This document shows positions 13,519-24,712 of a DNA stretch of 64,000 nt, one piece after another. Positions within the stretch are counted from its first letter, which is position 1. The number at the start of each line of letters is the position of its first letter. Both the position numbers and the translations under genes were made by a program. The DNA comes from Saccostrea cucullata (lineage: Eukaryota), in the NCBI RefSeq assembly GCF_032062105.1, contig NW_026937089.1, forward strand, positions 1 to 64,000. Direction: 5' to 3'. Under the pieces are notes generated by a model. That model was not told where the DNA came from and searched no databases. It worked only from the letters and a program-made list of their open reading frames with translations.

Positions 13519-16500
13519 ATACAGTGGCTGGAACGTTATTGTTGACAAACAAAACGTGTAGAATCGTTCGTGTATCGTGAGTGATCGTTCGTTTAACGTG
13601 AAAGATCGTTCGTGTATCAGACTCAATCGTGTGCGTTTTTAATCGTGCGAGATCGTGCGTTTAGAATCGTGTAAATTTCGTTTTGTAAGTTTTTATCGGA
13701 ATGTTATTTCTAAAATAAGCATTTCCCTTGTTGGTTTTTCTTAATTGATTAAATAAAATCAAAATTAAATGAAAATGAACAATTAAGATAATAGAATGCA
13801 GAACGAACTAGTTATCGCTCGTAAACAAGCAATAAAGTAAGTCGTACAATATTCAATTCTCGTCGAATAGCGCGATCAATATTGTGTTAAACCGTACTTA
13901 GATCTCTTACGCCTTTCTGAAAAATCTGATTTAATTATTATTTACTTTCTATTGTGGTCTAGATAATCTTGAAATCAATTCATTGAAAATGATTTTTTTT
14001 TTCAAAGAAATAAAAATTTCTCAATGCTTACATAGCTACATGTAGTTAATCGACAAATATACATGCACACGGCATGATTTTCTGGAGTTTTGATTATCTG
14101 TGTTTATCTCTTGAATTTATTTGTAACTCATTTATTTTAAATTTCTGCAAATAAAAAAGTTGAATAATTAGAAAGTTTATCAGACATTGAATAAATGGAA
14201 ACATAAAGATAAAATTTATAATTATTATTTAAGTCATTCAATGCTGCCATTTTTGTTGAATCGTATCCCCCTTTCTTCATATCATTATATTTAATTCAAT
14301 CAAATTATACGACCCACATACATGTACACAGTCTAATAGAACGAACAAAATCCGTTTTCTTTGATCAGAGAATTACCTTAGAAATAATTACTTTTAATCT
14401 GAAATATTTAGTCTTGCAAATATTTAGTTACAAAAAATATCATTTTCCATTTTTTTTCAAAGTTTATGAAATAATATTAATAATTTTTTGAAATCTTAAA
14501 TAAGTATTAAGCTTTATTTCGTTTTGAATATATTAATTCCTAAATATTTTGAACTATTTTGAGTGAAGAAACGTGCGTTTGCGTCAACAATCGTGCAAGA
14601 TCGTGTAACGTGTAGAATCGTGAACGTGAAAGATCGTTCGTGTAACAGGTTCAATCGTGCGTTAATCGTGCGGAATCGTTCGTGTAACGTGATCGTTCGT
14701 GTAAGTTGTCAACAATAACGTTCCAGCCACTGTACCTGTGACAGCTGGAGACTGGGGATAATCTCCTGGTATTATAGCAGTACTTTGGGATCCACCGACA
14801 AGTTCACAGTGATCCTGTCCTGATCCGCTCCCGTCTCCAATGTTGTAAAATGTCGTTGTTAAGTTTTCACCAAGGAATAATTTATATCTGAAATGCAAGT
14901 GAACCAACAATATATTTGACAACTCGTTTAAAGACTGAAAACCTGTATTCCACAAAAAAAAAAAAAAAAAAAAAAACAATCAGGAAGGGTTGCGATAACT
15001 TTTTTTCAGATACACTGTATGTTTCAATCAATTTACATATCCGGTGCAGTCTTCATTCATGTCAATATTAGATGTTTTTGTGAAACAGGAAAGACTTAAG
15101 AACTGACCATTTCGTGAAAGAGAGAATTGTTCTCGGGGACCATTGTTTTGAGATTTGTTTTTTCTCTCGCAGAATTGACAGTTTTAAACCTAACCCATAA
15201 AATGTGCCAAAATGGTTAACCACTTAATCAATATAACATCACGACTGATGCTTATAAAGATTTTCACTTGTTTCATGTTGCTCCAGTATGCAGTGGATTG
15301 TGTTGTATTCATTACTATATATACACATGTATATGATTATTTTTTTTAAATTAAGGTCAGACGACACGTTCCTCAAAAATATATAATTTTTCCCAAGAAT
15401 TTGTCATTGAAGTCTAGGTACTTAAACAAGTTTCCATACAAAAAATTAGGGTACCTTACCAGGCATTTGGACAAGATACCACAGGGTAATATTTCTTATA
15501 TATTCCATACGGGTAATTACCTGAATGGCCTATATTACAATTTTTGATGTTCTTATATAAAAAACGTATTGAAAACTAGAGGTACTGTGAGCAATGAGCT
15601 CACTAAATGATACCCCCCGCTTCCCATATGGTTATAACTGATGACAAAGTCCATGTTTTGCTGTGGCCGGGAAACCCAAAATATGTGTCGGATCAAAAAG
15701 TAAAATAGAAGGTGCACAATGGCAATATGTAATAAAGATTCTTTTAAAGTTTCATTAAATTTCACTCAGTGGTATAAGAGGAGTTGCGGATAAGAGATGG
15801 GTACCCTAAAGCGTTAATCATTAATTTCCTTTACATATACGTAAATGAAATGGCAAAAATGACTTTTTTTTACCTTGTAGGAGAACACAAAACCACCCCT
15901 ACCAGTGGAGCAGATGTATATCCCGTTTCTTTGACATATCTTGGACCACCTGCACATCCATTAAATTCATTGCCATGGGTAAAGTTGTACTTGTACCAAC
16001 AGGAATTCGTGATATTAAAGCAGTCTGAAAGAGAGAGTGGAAATAACTGAAATGTATGATCATTTGCTAATGTTTTGTCAATGAGTAGGAATGCTTACTC
16101 CTTTTAGGCGCCTGATCCCATGCACCTCTGATGTTTTAGAGGTCCGTGTTTGCTCTGCTCCTAATTTGTATTTTGATAACTGTTCGTTATTTTTTCCATA
16201 TATCATCTCAGAATGAATGTACAGAACTAAAATACCTGGCGGGTTAGACTGTTGTCCACATACATAGGCTGGCGATGACCAGGTCCCATTACTCCTACAG
16301 GTAGAGGTCAAGGTTATTGAGGGGTCAGAGTTACAGGTGTAGGTAAGGATAGTTCCGACCTTTGTGGCTGTGACCATGACCGAAGTTAAGGTCGCGTCGG
16401 GATGAAGGTCAGGGCAGTCTTAAGAATTGAAAATAAATGTTATTTATCAATTCTCGAAGAGTGTTTTTACGAAAGCCAAATTTTTAATTCATTCACAACA

Positions 16501-19500
16501 ATAAACTAATCTTGCGGCGAATAATTTTCGCGAATAAGGAAACATTTTTTACAAAAACAAAGCAAAATAAATTTGTCGCGGCGATTAATATTCTTTATTT
16601 CGTGACTTAAAGTAGGTCGCGAATATTTCTTACACGCGAAAAACAATGGGTTTACAGTATACAGTTACCTGAAACAGCAATCATTTACCTATTTTATTGG
16701 ATGAAAAAATTATGAAATTGAGAATGAAAAACCTGGTGTCTTGCACGAAGATGAGGATGATGACCAAGTTCCGTTGCTTCTGCAGGTTGAGGTCAGGTTT
16801 ATGGAGGGATAAGATGTACAGGTCAAGGTAAGAACAGTACCGACCTTAGTGGATGTGACCTTGACTGAAGTAGTGTTTGCATCTGGATGATTTGATGGGC
16901 AGTCTGAAATAGATCACTTAGATATGAATTTTGTTAATTTATTTTATTGACATGGTCTTTCTAAAAATCAGTGTATTTTCATGTTTAATCAGCTATATAT
17001 CATTCAAAGATTAATGCACGGAGTATAGAACAACTGTTTTTATATTAGAAAAACTAAAAAAAATTGTCAGCATTTCAATTAAGATTTGATCTTGTTCATA
17101 TAGGTAAAAGATTGATTAGTATCTGGTATTAGGTTTTTATTATACCCCCCTTTACCGAATACAAAGATGGAGTATGTAGCTGTCTGTTCGTCTGTCCGTG
17201 TAATCTTGACCAGACTACAACTTTATGATGGAGAATCACGGAAGCTCATACATCTGAGGGTGTGTCATGACCTTAATGCAAGATCATTCCAATAAATTCA
17301 TAAAAAGCGTAAAAGTCAGGACAGGTCTAGTCTACTCTAACTTATTTGTATACAAACATTGGAAGTTCATACTTCGTACAACGATTATGTGTGAAGACTT
17401 GACCCAACGTCATCATGTAAATCAAAATCAATATTGCATTGAAAAATAATTAATTCCTGGCCTTACCACATCTTATTTTAAACCATCGCCACCCAGCCTA
17501 CCCACTTTAGAGATTTCCCTTTAAAACCCACACTCAAAATCAATATGTAAAATAATTAGTACTGGATAAAGAAAAAAATCATTCAATTATAATAAAAAGA
17601 ATATCTCCCATCTTTGTGTTTTCCGTTATTTAGTGTTACATGTATAAAAAAAATTATAAATCTTATTTGATATAAAACGTAAAAAAAAATAGGAACCTGA
17701 TTGGATACATTTAGGTCCCGTAGCTGTCTGAATACAACTTCCTAGGGGTGAACAAGATGCATCACATGTCTCAATATACACCTATAAATTAAAAAAAAGA
17801 TAGATTTTTTTTCAACAACAACAACATAATTATAATCTTGACACATACAATCAATAAAATACGAAAGTGTTCGTAAAGAAAGATTGCATGAAATTAATTT
17901 TTGAAACACTTGAATGAAAATACGACACGAGATACAGACAAATAAAAATCCTGGACAACCATGTTTTGTTCCGCATATGCTTCAATGCATTGATTGCACT
18001 ATCCATGCTCACGGATCATTTTGAGTTTAGGGGGTACTAGTTCGTCAAAACGATTTATTTTTCGAATTTAATATTGAAAAGTGACATATTCTTAACCCAC
18101 GTTTGAAAAAATAGGGATAAATAGTGTTGAGATAGCCGTCCCTCGGTCCGTCCTGTCGTCTGTGACGTTTGGGTCTGCACATCTCAAATCCTCCACTCCT
18201 CCTTTACCACCGAATGAAATTTAATGCAGCTTTCAAACAGTCTTTTTTACATGGTCCCATTGTGCATTGTTTTTTTATTTTCCAACCTCATCAGACACAT
18301 ACTTCGGGTTTCCCATAGCAAAACATGGATATTGACATTCATTTTATATTTTGGGTACCCAACTACTTTTGTTATACCACTGAATAAAATTTAGGGAATT
18401 AAAATGATTAGCAAAAATTAGAACATCATTTGCCGATTTACTAAGCAGATACAGAACTTAAAATTCTTAATAATGTAAACAAGGCTTGTGCTCAGGAAAC
18501 TAGAAACTGTTTAACACACTGTGGTATTTAAAATTTTCTTTATTGAAAATTCTGCTTTGAATGAGCATATATTAGTGTATTAAACCTATTTAAATAAAAA
18601 CATGCCATGGACCTTGTTTATATAACAAAGGTTTGGAATTCTAAATTTGTCTTGTATCTCGACAACTGAAATTCAAAATTTTGATAATCATTAGAAATCA
18701 TTTGTAAACATTAAAAATTGAAAAATACCTTTGAGAAATTTAAGCTGCATGGAACTGTGTCCATGCCACTTTAAAACTTTTGATTTGACACATAGTTAGG
18801 GTTTCCCATAGCTAAACAAGTACTTTGCCATTATACATTTGTACTCATTTGGAGTGCATGGGGACATTATTTTGTAAATTGATTATTCACAGTATCTTAA
18901 TTTTTCAATTTGCAACTCATTGCACCTATAACATAATTATAAACTTTAAGGTAGTCCGATCCTCAGGCTTATAAAATTAGCAGTTAAGTAATCAAAAATA
19001 CTCATAAAAGTATCTCTGAATCCACAAAGTTATGTAACTTTATCCACAGTATTTCTTTAAAATTGAAGATTAAAGTTAATCATGTTATATAGGAAAATTT
19101 TCAAATCAACAATATTTTTGCAGAAAAAGCAAATTGGAATATCAGAAATGCATTTTCTAATTGCAAATTGATCAACAAATATATTTTAGGTTAAAAAACG
19201 ATAGGTAGCCATTCAGAAAAATTGTCATGATTTTTATACTTATTTGGTATTTTTTGTCTTCTATTTCGGTTATGTATTCTATAATACATAGTGTAAAAGG
19301 CTTTTGCTATCATTAAAAGACACTGAAAATCACTTTTTATTTCATATCTTGCTAATGAGCATTGGTATCTAAGGCTGGATTCAAGAAAATCTTGTTTCTC
19401 TAAAACTATATTAATTTTTTTTCCCTTTTATAGAATACAAATGTCAACTTTTATAAAACCTTATCTAAGACTTCCAAAACCCTTGAATCTTATAAAGATG

Positions 19501-20047
19501 AATAAAATGAAAATTGTTGCATGAAAAAAAAATTTCAAGCTTCATTTTGATGCATTTAAAATCAAATATCAATTTTTGGAGTTATCCTTCATGGCTGAGG
19601 ATCGGATATCCTTAAACAAATTATCATATTTTTATATTAGAATTCCATTATATTGACTGTATTAAAATAAAGACAATCATTCTAAAACGCTATGTGTACT
19701 AGATAAATAAAAAAATTTGAAAAATGTAGTACATGTACCTGTGGTATTTCTTTCCTTTCAATATAGACATATTCTTTATCAGATGTCAGATTTGTTGGGT
19801 TTGTTGATCCATCTTTGAAGGACAACTCACATTCTAACCGACCTCTATGAAAATTAAGCGAGGCACAAGACACCCTTTTGGCACACTCTTTAACGCACAT
19901 CTTTTTTCCAATGGGAGATATTTTTTCCATTAAAAATCCAGACAGTCTTTTGTTAGGGGTAAATGCAACCGAAATTCCTCCGTAGACAATATGGCCAGGT
20001 AAAAACAGAGAAAACACAATAGAAACCAGAAATATCCCTATTTTCAT
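13032..20047 (-). CDS. Secreted protein B (paralog of A): signal peptide + PAN/Apple + EGF-like + 2x Sushi + 1x TARSH/FNDC1 C-terminal domain (~392 aa, 7 exons)
   Basis: Exons (minus): 19739-20047 (MKIGIFLVSIVFSLFLPGHIVYGG...), 17697-17781, 16733-16903, 16236-16418, 15874-16024, 14736-14887, 13032-13159 (...YLECGISIPGTGTLP*). Exon sizes 85/183/151/152 match gene A. An N-gap lies in the last intron. Confidence 0.82.
13179..13310. other. Assembly gap (132 N)
   Basis: Run of n. Confidence 1.
13432..13512. repeat. (TA)n(GA)n compound microsatellite
   Basis: Direct reading. Confidence 0.95.
13522..14732. mobile_element. Tc1/mariner-type MITE (27-bp perfect TIR, TA TSD) inserted in the 5' splice site of gene B exon 6
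   Basis: ta|cagtggctggaacgttattgttgacaa ... ttgtcaacaataacgttccagccactg|ta, with subterminal atcgt(t/g)cgtg repeats. Confidence 0.9.
18950..19611. mobile_element. TTAA-flanked non-autonomous DNA transposon (Kolobok-like)
   Basis: ttaa|ggtagtccgatcctcag ... ctgaggatcggatatcc|ttaa. Confidence 0.75.
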
Positions 20048-20789
20048 GCTGAGAAAACCGCTTAGGAATATGGATAGAGCAACATAAATGTACATTTCCT
20101 TTATAACAATTATCGAATTACCAAACACTTGGTGCAAATAAGCTTACTCCATGATTATTTGTAAACTGCACATGCAGTTACTCTTGAAATCTGTTTGAAA
20201 AGGAAACTTAATATTTAGGAAAATCAAATATTCCTGCAACCGTTTTATGGTAAAATATTGATGTGCATCTATCAAAACATGAAAGAAAAACAAATTAGTT
20301 GATATACATGCTAATTACGCTATGTCACTTGGGAGATAATAGAATGACATGCAATTTTAAAGGTGACTACTATTTGTTATTTCAAACCATACAGAACCAC
20401 AGCAAGAACAATTGTTCATCCCAGCTTTAGTGTTTGATCACCTTGCTCCACTTAGAGATTTGTTAATTGTTCTTGAAATCACTTACGTTTTAGAAAAGAT
20501 GCAAGTCACTACAATACAAAAAAAATCAAACAATTAAATCGTATACTGAGTATAAATACATTTGCATGCTTATATGTTGTAAAGCAATATTGTTAAACCA
20601 TTCATTATTAAATTGTTATCATTCGATAACATAACATAAAGGTACTTTGTCTGGCTCTCCCATGTCGAGCGACCTAAAGTTTGTACCATTTAGTTTTAAG
20701 CTTAATACCCCGGTTTTCATTAAAAAGACTATATTCTATGTTTGTAATAGAACATTCCCATTTTAATTGATGAAGAATCTGTTTTAATA

Positions 20790-21312
20790 TAAGGAATGAA
20801 ATGGAGATAACAAACGGTATTCAAGATCAAAAGTCCATAAAACAATACAAAATAGGAGCAGAGCAAATACGGACCTCCATAACATCAGAGGTGGGATCAG
20901 GTGACATGGAGGAGTGAGCATCCCCTGCTGACCGGTTACACCCACCGTATGCTTCTTGTCATGATCGGGAAATAACGGAAAAATCTGTCGTCAATTCAGT
21001 GAATAAAAAACTAACAATTAGTATGAAAAATGTAAGACAGCATTTGACACAGTGATAAATTGTATTTGCTGACAAGGTCATTATATAGAACTTAAGAAAT
21101 GATGACTTTAAACGAGACCGCAGAAATACTTGTTTCATCAACTTGTTTGTCAATAATTTACCACGTTTTAGAAACTGTTCATACGTACAGCATGCTCTTG
21201 CGTATCGAATCAACTGAGATATATAAACTCTGTATGCAGATTATGAAGGTATATTGCTGCATAAATAAGGCATGCTGACGATTGTAAAGTTAAAATCATC
21301 ACATGTATCATA
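20790..21312 (-). mobile_element. Penelope-like retroelement 3' fragment (RT C-terminal region + 3' end)
   Basis: Degenerate ...YISQLIRYARACCTYEQFLKRGKLLTNKLMKQ..RLKSSF. Inverted homolog of 22100-23160. Confidence 0.75.
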
Positions 21313-21904
21313 GATCGCCAAAAACTACATAGATATTGTCAATCAGAAACTCAAGCATTTTTTATGTCAACTTCAGAGTACTTGTGAAATGATTTGCTAT
21401 TCGAAACATTGATATATATGTATTAAAATGATTACAGCGATACATATATTCTACCAAAAATACATAAATATAAAAGCAAGCGCAAATAACTTTAATCTTG
21501 TATGTGATTTTAAAAAAAAATATGCAAAGCAACAAAGAAAACATGCATTTTGTAACAGACTCAAAGTAATCAATAGCAGCAAAGACGCAATGATGGGTAT
21601 AGACAAATGCTATAAAATGCTTTCAAATGCGCGGTAGGTGAGGAGGAGACGACACAAACTTAAGTGAGTTCAATAAAAAGCACCATTTGAGAGGTTCGAA
21701 CAAAAAAAACATAATACAACCTCATTTAATAGACGGACCGTGAAAACGTAATATTCACTCACAAAAATAGTATCGGAAGAGGGAGGGGGCTGCACGTACG
21801 TACTCACATTTAACTTTCATGTGAAGTTCTTCATTGAAAGGGCCCTTTTGGTAGCACAGTCAAATTTCCCCATTTTATGACTTTATTACCTTAAATAGCA
21901 ATCC

Positions 21905-23160
21905 TCTGTCGTTTTCCTTCTGATGACTCAACATTTAGATATATCGACGACGTATTGTCATTTAACAATGGTAATTTCCATTCCTACGTCGATACGATAT
22001 ATCCTGGTGAGCTTGAGATAGAGATACCACAGAGTCTGACACATCTGCCTCATACTTGGATATTTTACTTGAAAAAGACGTTATTGGTAATCTAAAATCC
22101 AAGCTATATGATAAACGTGATGACTGTAACCTTTATATCGTCAACTTCCCTTACTTATGCAGTAATATACCTTCATCACCTGCATGCGGAGTGTATATGT
22201 CTCAGTTGATTTGTTCCGCAATAGCATGCTCTATGTATGGACAATTTCTAAAACGAGGTAAATTATTGACAAGCAAGTTGATGAAACAAATATCAGCGGT
22301 CTCGTTTAAAGTCATCATTTCGTAAGTTCAATGACCTTGTCAGCAAATACAATTTATCATTGAGTCAAATGCTGACTGACGTTTTTCATACTCGTTGTTA
22401 GTCCATTGTCTATACACTGAATTGACGACGATTTTTCCGCTGTTTCCCTGTCATTACAAGGAGTAGCTGCAGATCTGTAGCTCTCCGAAAAAAAATATAT
22501 TGATAGACCAGAGAGCTACAGTGCCACCCATTGAAAAAAACTGTATATTTTTTGCGCACAAAAAAGTGCGCTCGGTTCTCGATTTATTTCTCCATGTTTT
22601 TAAAACTGTAATCTCAAAATATTACTAACCGTGTGTTCCTAACATATTCTTTCGCTGTTTCCACAACCAAACATTCCTCATAATTGTTGATAATAGTCCT
22701 CCTGACCCTGATATTGTAATCATCGAACATTTCACTTATTTATACTGCCAATTTGGTTTCAAAGATAATTCGGTCCAATATGCTTCGTTCGGATGTCAAC
22801 TACGAGAGTACTTGATAGAAGATAAAGAAATGTTTTGAAATCTTTCCTTATTTTCAACTGAGGTAAGAATTTTGAAGAATTAATCAAGAACCGAGCGCAA
22901 TAAATATACAGTTTTTTCAATGGGTGGCACTGTAGCTCTCCGGTCTATCAAATTGAATATATTTTTTTTTCGGAGAGCTACAGATCTGCAGCTATACAAG
23001 GAGCACACGGCGGGTGTGACCGGTCAGCAGGGGAAACTTACTCCTCCATGACATATGATCCTACCTCTGATGTTTTGGAGGTCCATGTTTGCTCTGCTCC
23101 TATTTTGAATTGTTTTATGGACTTTTTATTGAATACTATTCGTTATCTCCGTATCCTTCT
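21905..23160 (+). mobile_element. Penelope-like retroelement fragment (RT, probably Naiad-type, no C-terminal GIY-YIG), interrupted by a MITE
   Basis: TFRYIDDVLS at 21931-21960, then YLDILL..KLYDKRDD..IVNFPYLCSNIPSSPA.GVY.SQL. Frameshifted. The 3' end (23005-23110) also occurs in introns at ~6080-6180 and ~16080-16170. Confidence 0.75.
22464..22994. mobile_element. MITE with ~85-bp TIRs and 9-bp TSD (Mutator-like)
   Basis: tacaaggag|tagctgcagatctgtagctctccg ... cggagagctacagatctgcagcta|tacaaggag. Confidence 0.9.
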
Positions 23161-24355
23161 TCCATATTTTACTTTGTACTTTTTTTAAATTTATAAATAA
23201 TAAAATGTTTTCTTTGTGAATGCAGGGATAAAATAAACCCCGTGGGCACGTAACCTAGTAAAGAAATAAATAACAATTTAAAAACTTTCATGAGAAATGA
23301 AGTGGATCGGCCATGTGATAAAATTTAGTGAGGGCCGAAAAACATGGAAAAACAAAACTTTCCATAATAGAGGATGGAAAAAATATTTTTAAAAGATATT
23401 ATTAAAATTGCAACATTGCAACTTCAGCAAAATTAAATCACGAAATAATAATAATAATTCCAACATTAAATAACACCTTGTACTTATTCTTCCCAAGAAA
23501 TGGTCTCAATACTTGCATGCTTTTTAATCCTTTAAAATGTGGAGAAAATTAATTTGAGGCAAAGTTTTCATCTCTTGAAGAAAAAAACACTACTAGTATT
23601 GACAATAAATTTCAAATGCAATCGGTCGTGAAGCATAATGTTTGAAATCTGACAATAGCTAAGTACATTGTGGTACTCTGAACTCTTTTAATGTGAAGGA
23701 AACAAATAGATTGCTTAATTCTTCAGTTTTCCTATTGGTAAAGATTAGAAATTTAATAAGCCATCTGAAAAGGGGTAAATATGAATATTACTTTCCATTG
23801 GAAAATGTAGATGTCCATATATGTCTGTCCGTGCAATTTCGTCCAGTTTACATAATGTTATAATAGAGAATCACTGCAAGATCATACTTAGTAAACAAAG
23901 GTTTTTTTCTGAGGGTAAGTCATGACCATGAGAAATGTAATTCTAACAAGTTGAAGGTCACAAGCAGAAAAACTATTTAATCCTTGTAAGATCTTCTTTA
24001 TAGAGAACCATTTGTGGTTCGTATTTGGTACAAAAATTGCTAATACCTGAAGATGCATCAAGACTTTGACCCAAGGTCATTTAATTAAATTCAATGTTTG
24101 TTTTCCTGGCATGATCATATTTTGTAATGGAGAACATTAGGAGTCCATACTTATCACCAATACTGCATATAATCTGAGGGTATAAACTGTCCATGACCCA
24201 AGATTATTCCACCAAGTTCAAGGTCAGTGAAAAAGTTGTGTTTTTGGTTCCGGTCTATAACTCTGTAATTTAAAGTTGCTGATCATGATTAAGGCTTAAA
24301 GGTGCATCATGATCTAAACATTGTTCTGTCAGTGACCTAGAACTTGTAAAAAGAC

Positions 24356-24712
24356 CATGCACGGATCTAGAGGAGGGGTCAGGACCCCCCCGGAATTTGC
24401 AAGGTTACTAAATTTATATACTAAAACAGGCAAAAAGTTACCTTGGACCCCCCTCGGAAAACGCAGACACCCCCCCCCCCCGGTAAACGCGAATTTGCGT
24501 AAAAGGTATGAAAAAAATCAAAAGGTTTGAAGCATTAGAAGTCATCGACTAAACCCCCACCCCCCTGAAATAGGTTTTTGAAGTTTTTGGCGAATTCCCG
24601 TGGTTTTTCTTTTTTGCTTGTCAAGAAATTTCTGGGTTGGATTCTTATTTTTGGACTGGGGTGGACAACGCCCCCCCCCCCTCCAGGAAAAAATTTCTGG
24701 ATCCGCGCCTGC
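24356..24712. mobile_element. GC-rich MITE-like fragments (gcggatccag-type ends)
   Basis: catgcacggatctagaggagggg ... ttctggatccgcgcctg with poly-C tracts, embedded in degenerate ccaaggtca-type tandem repeats (~23800-25100). Confidence 0.45.
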
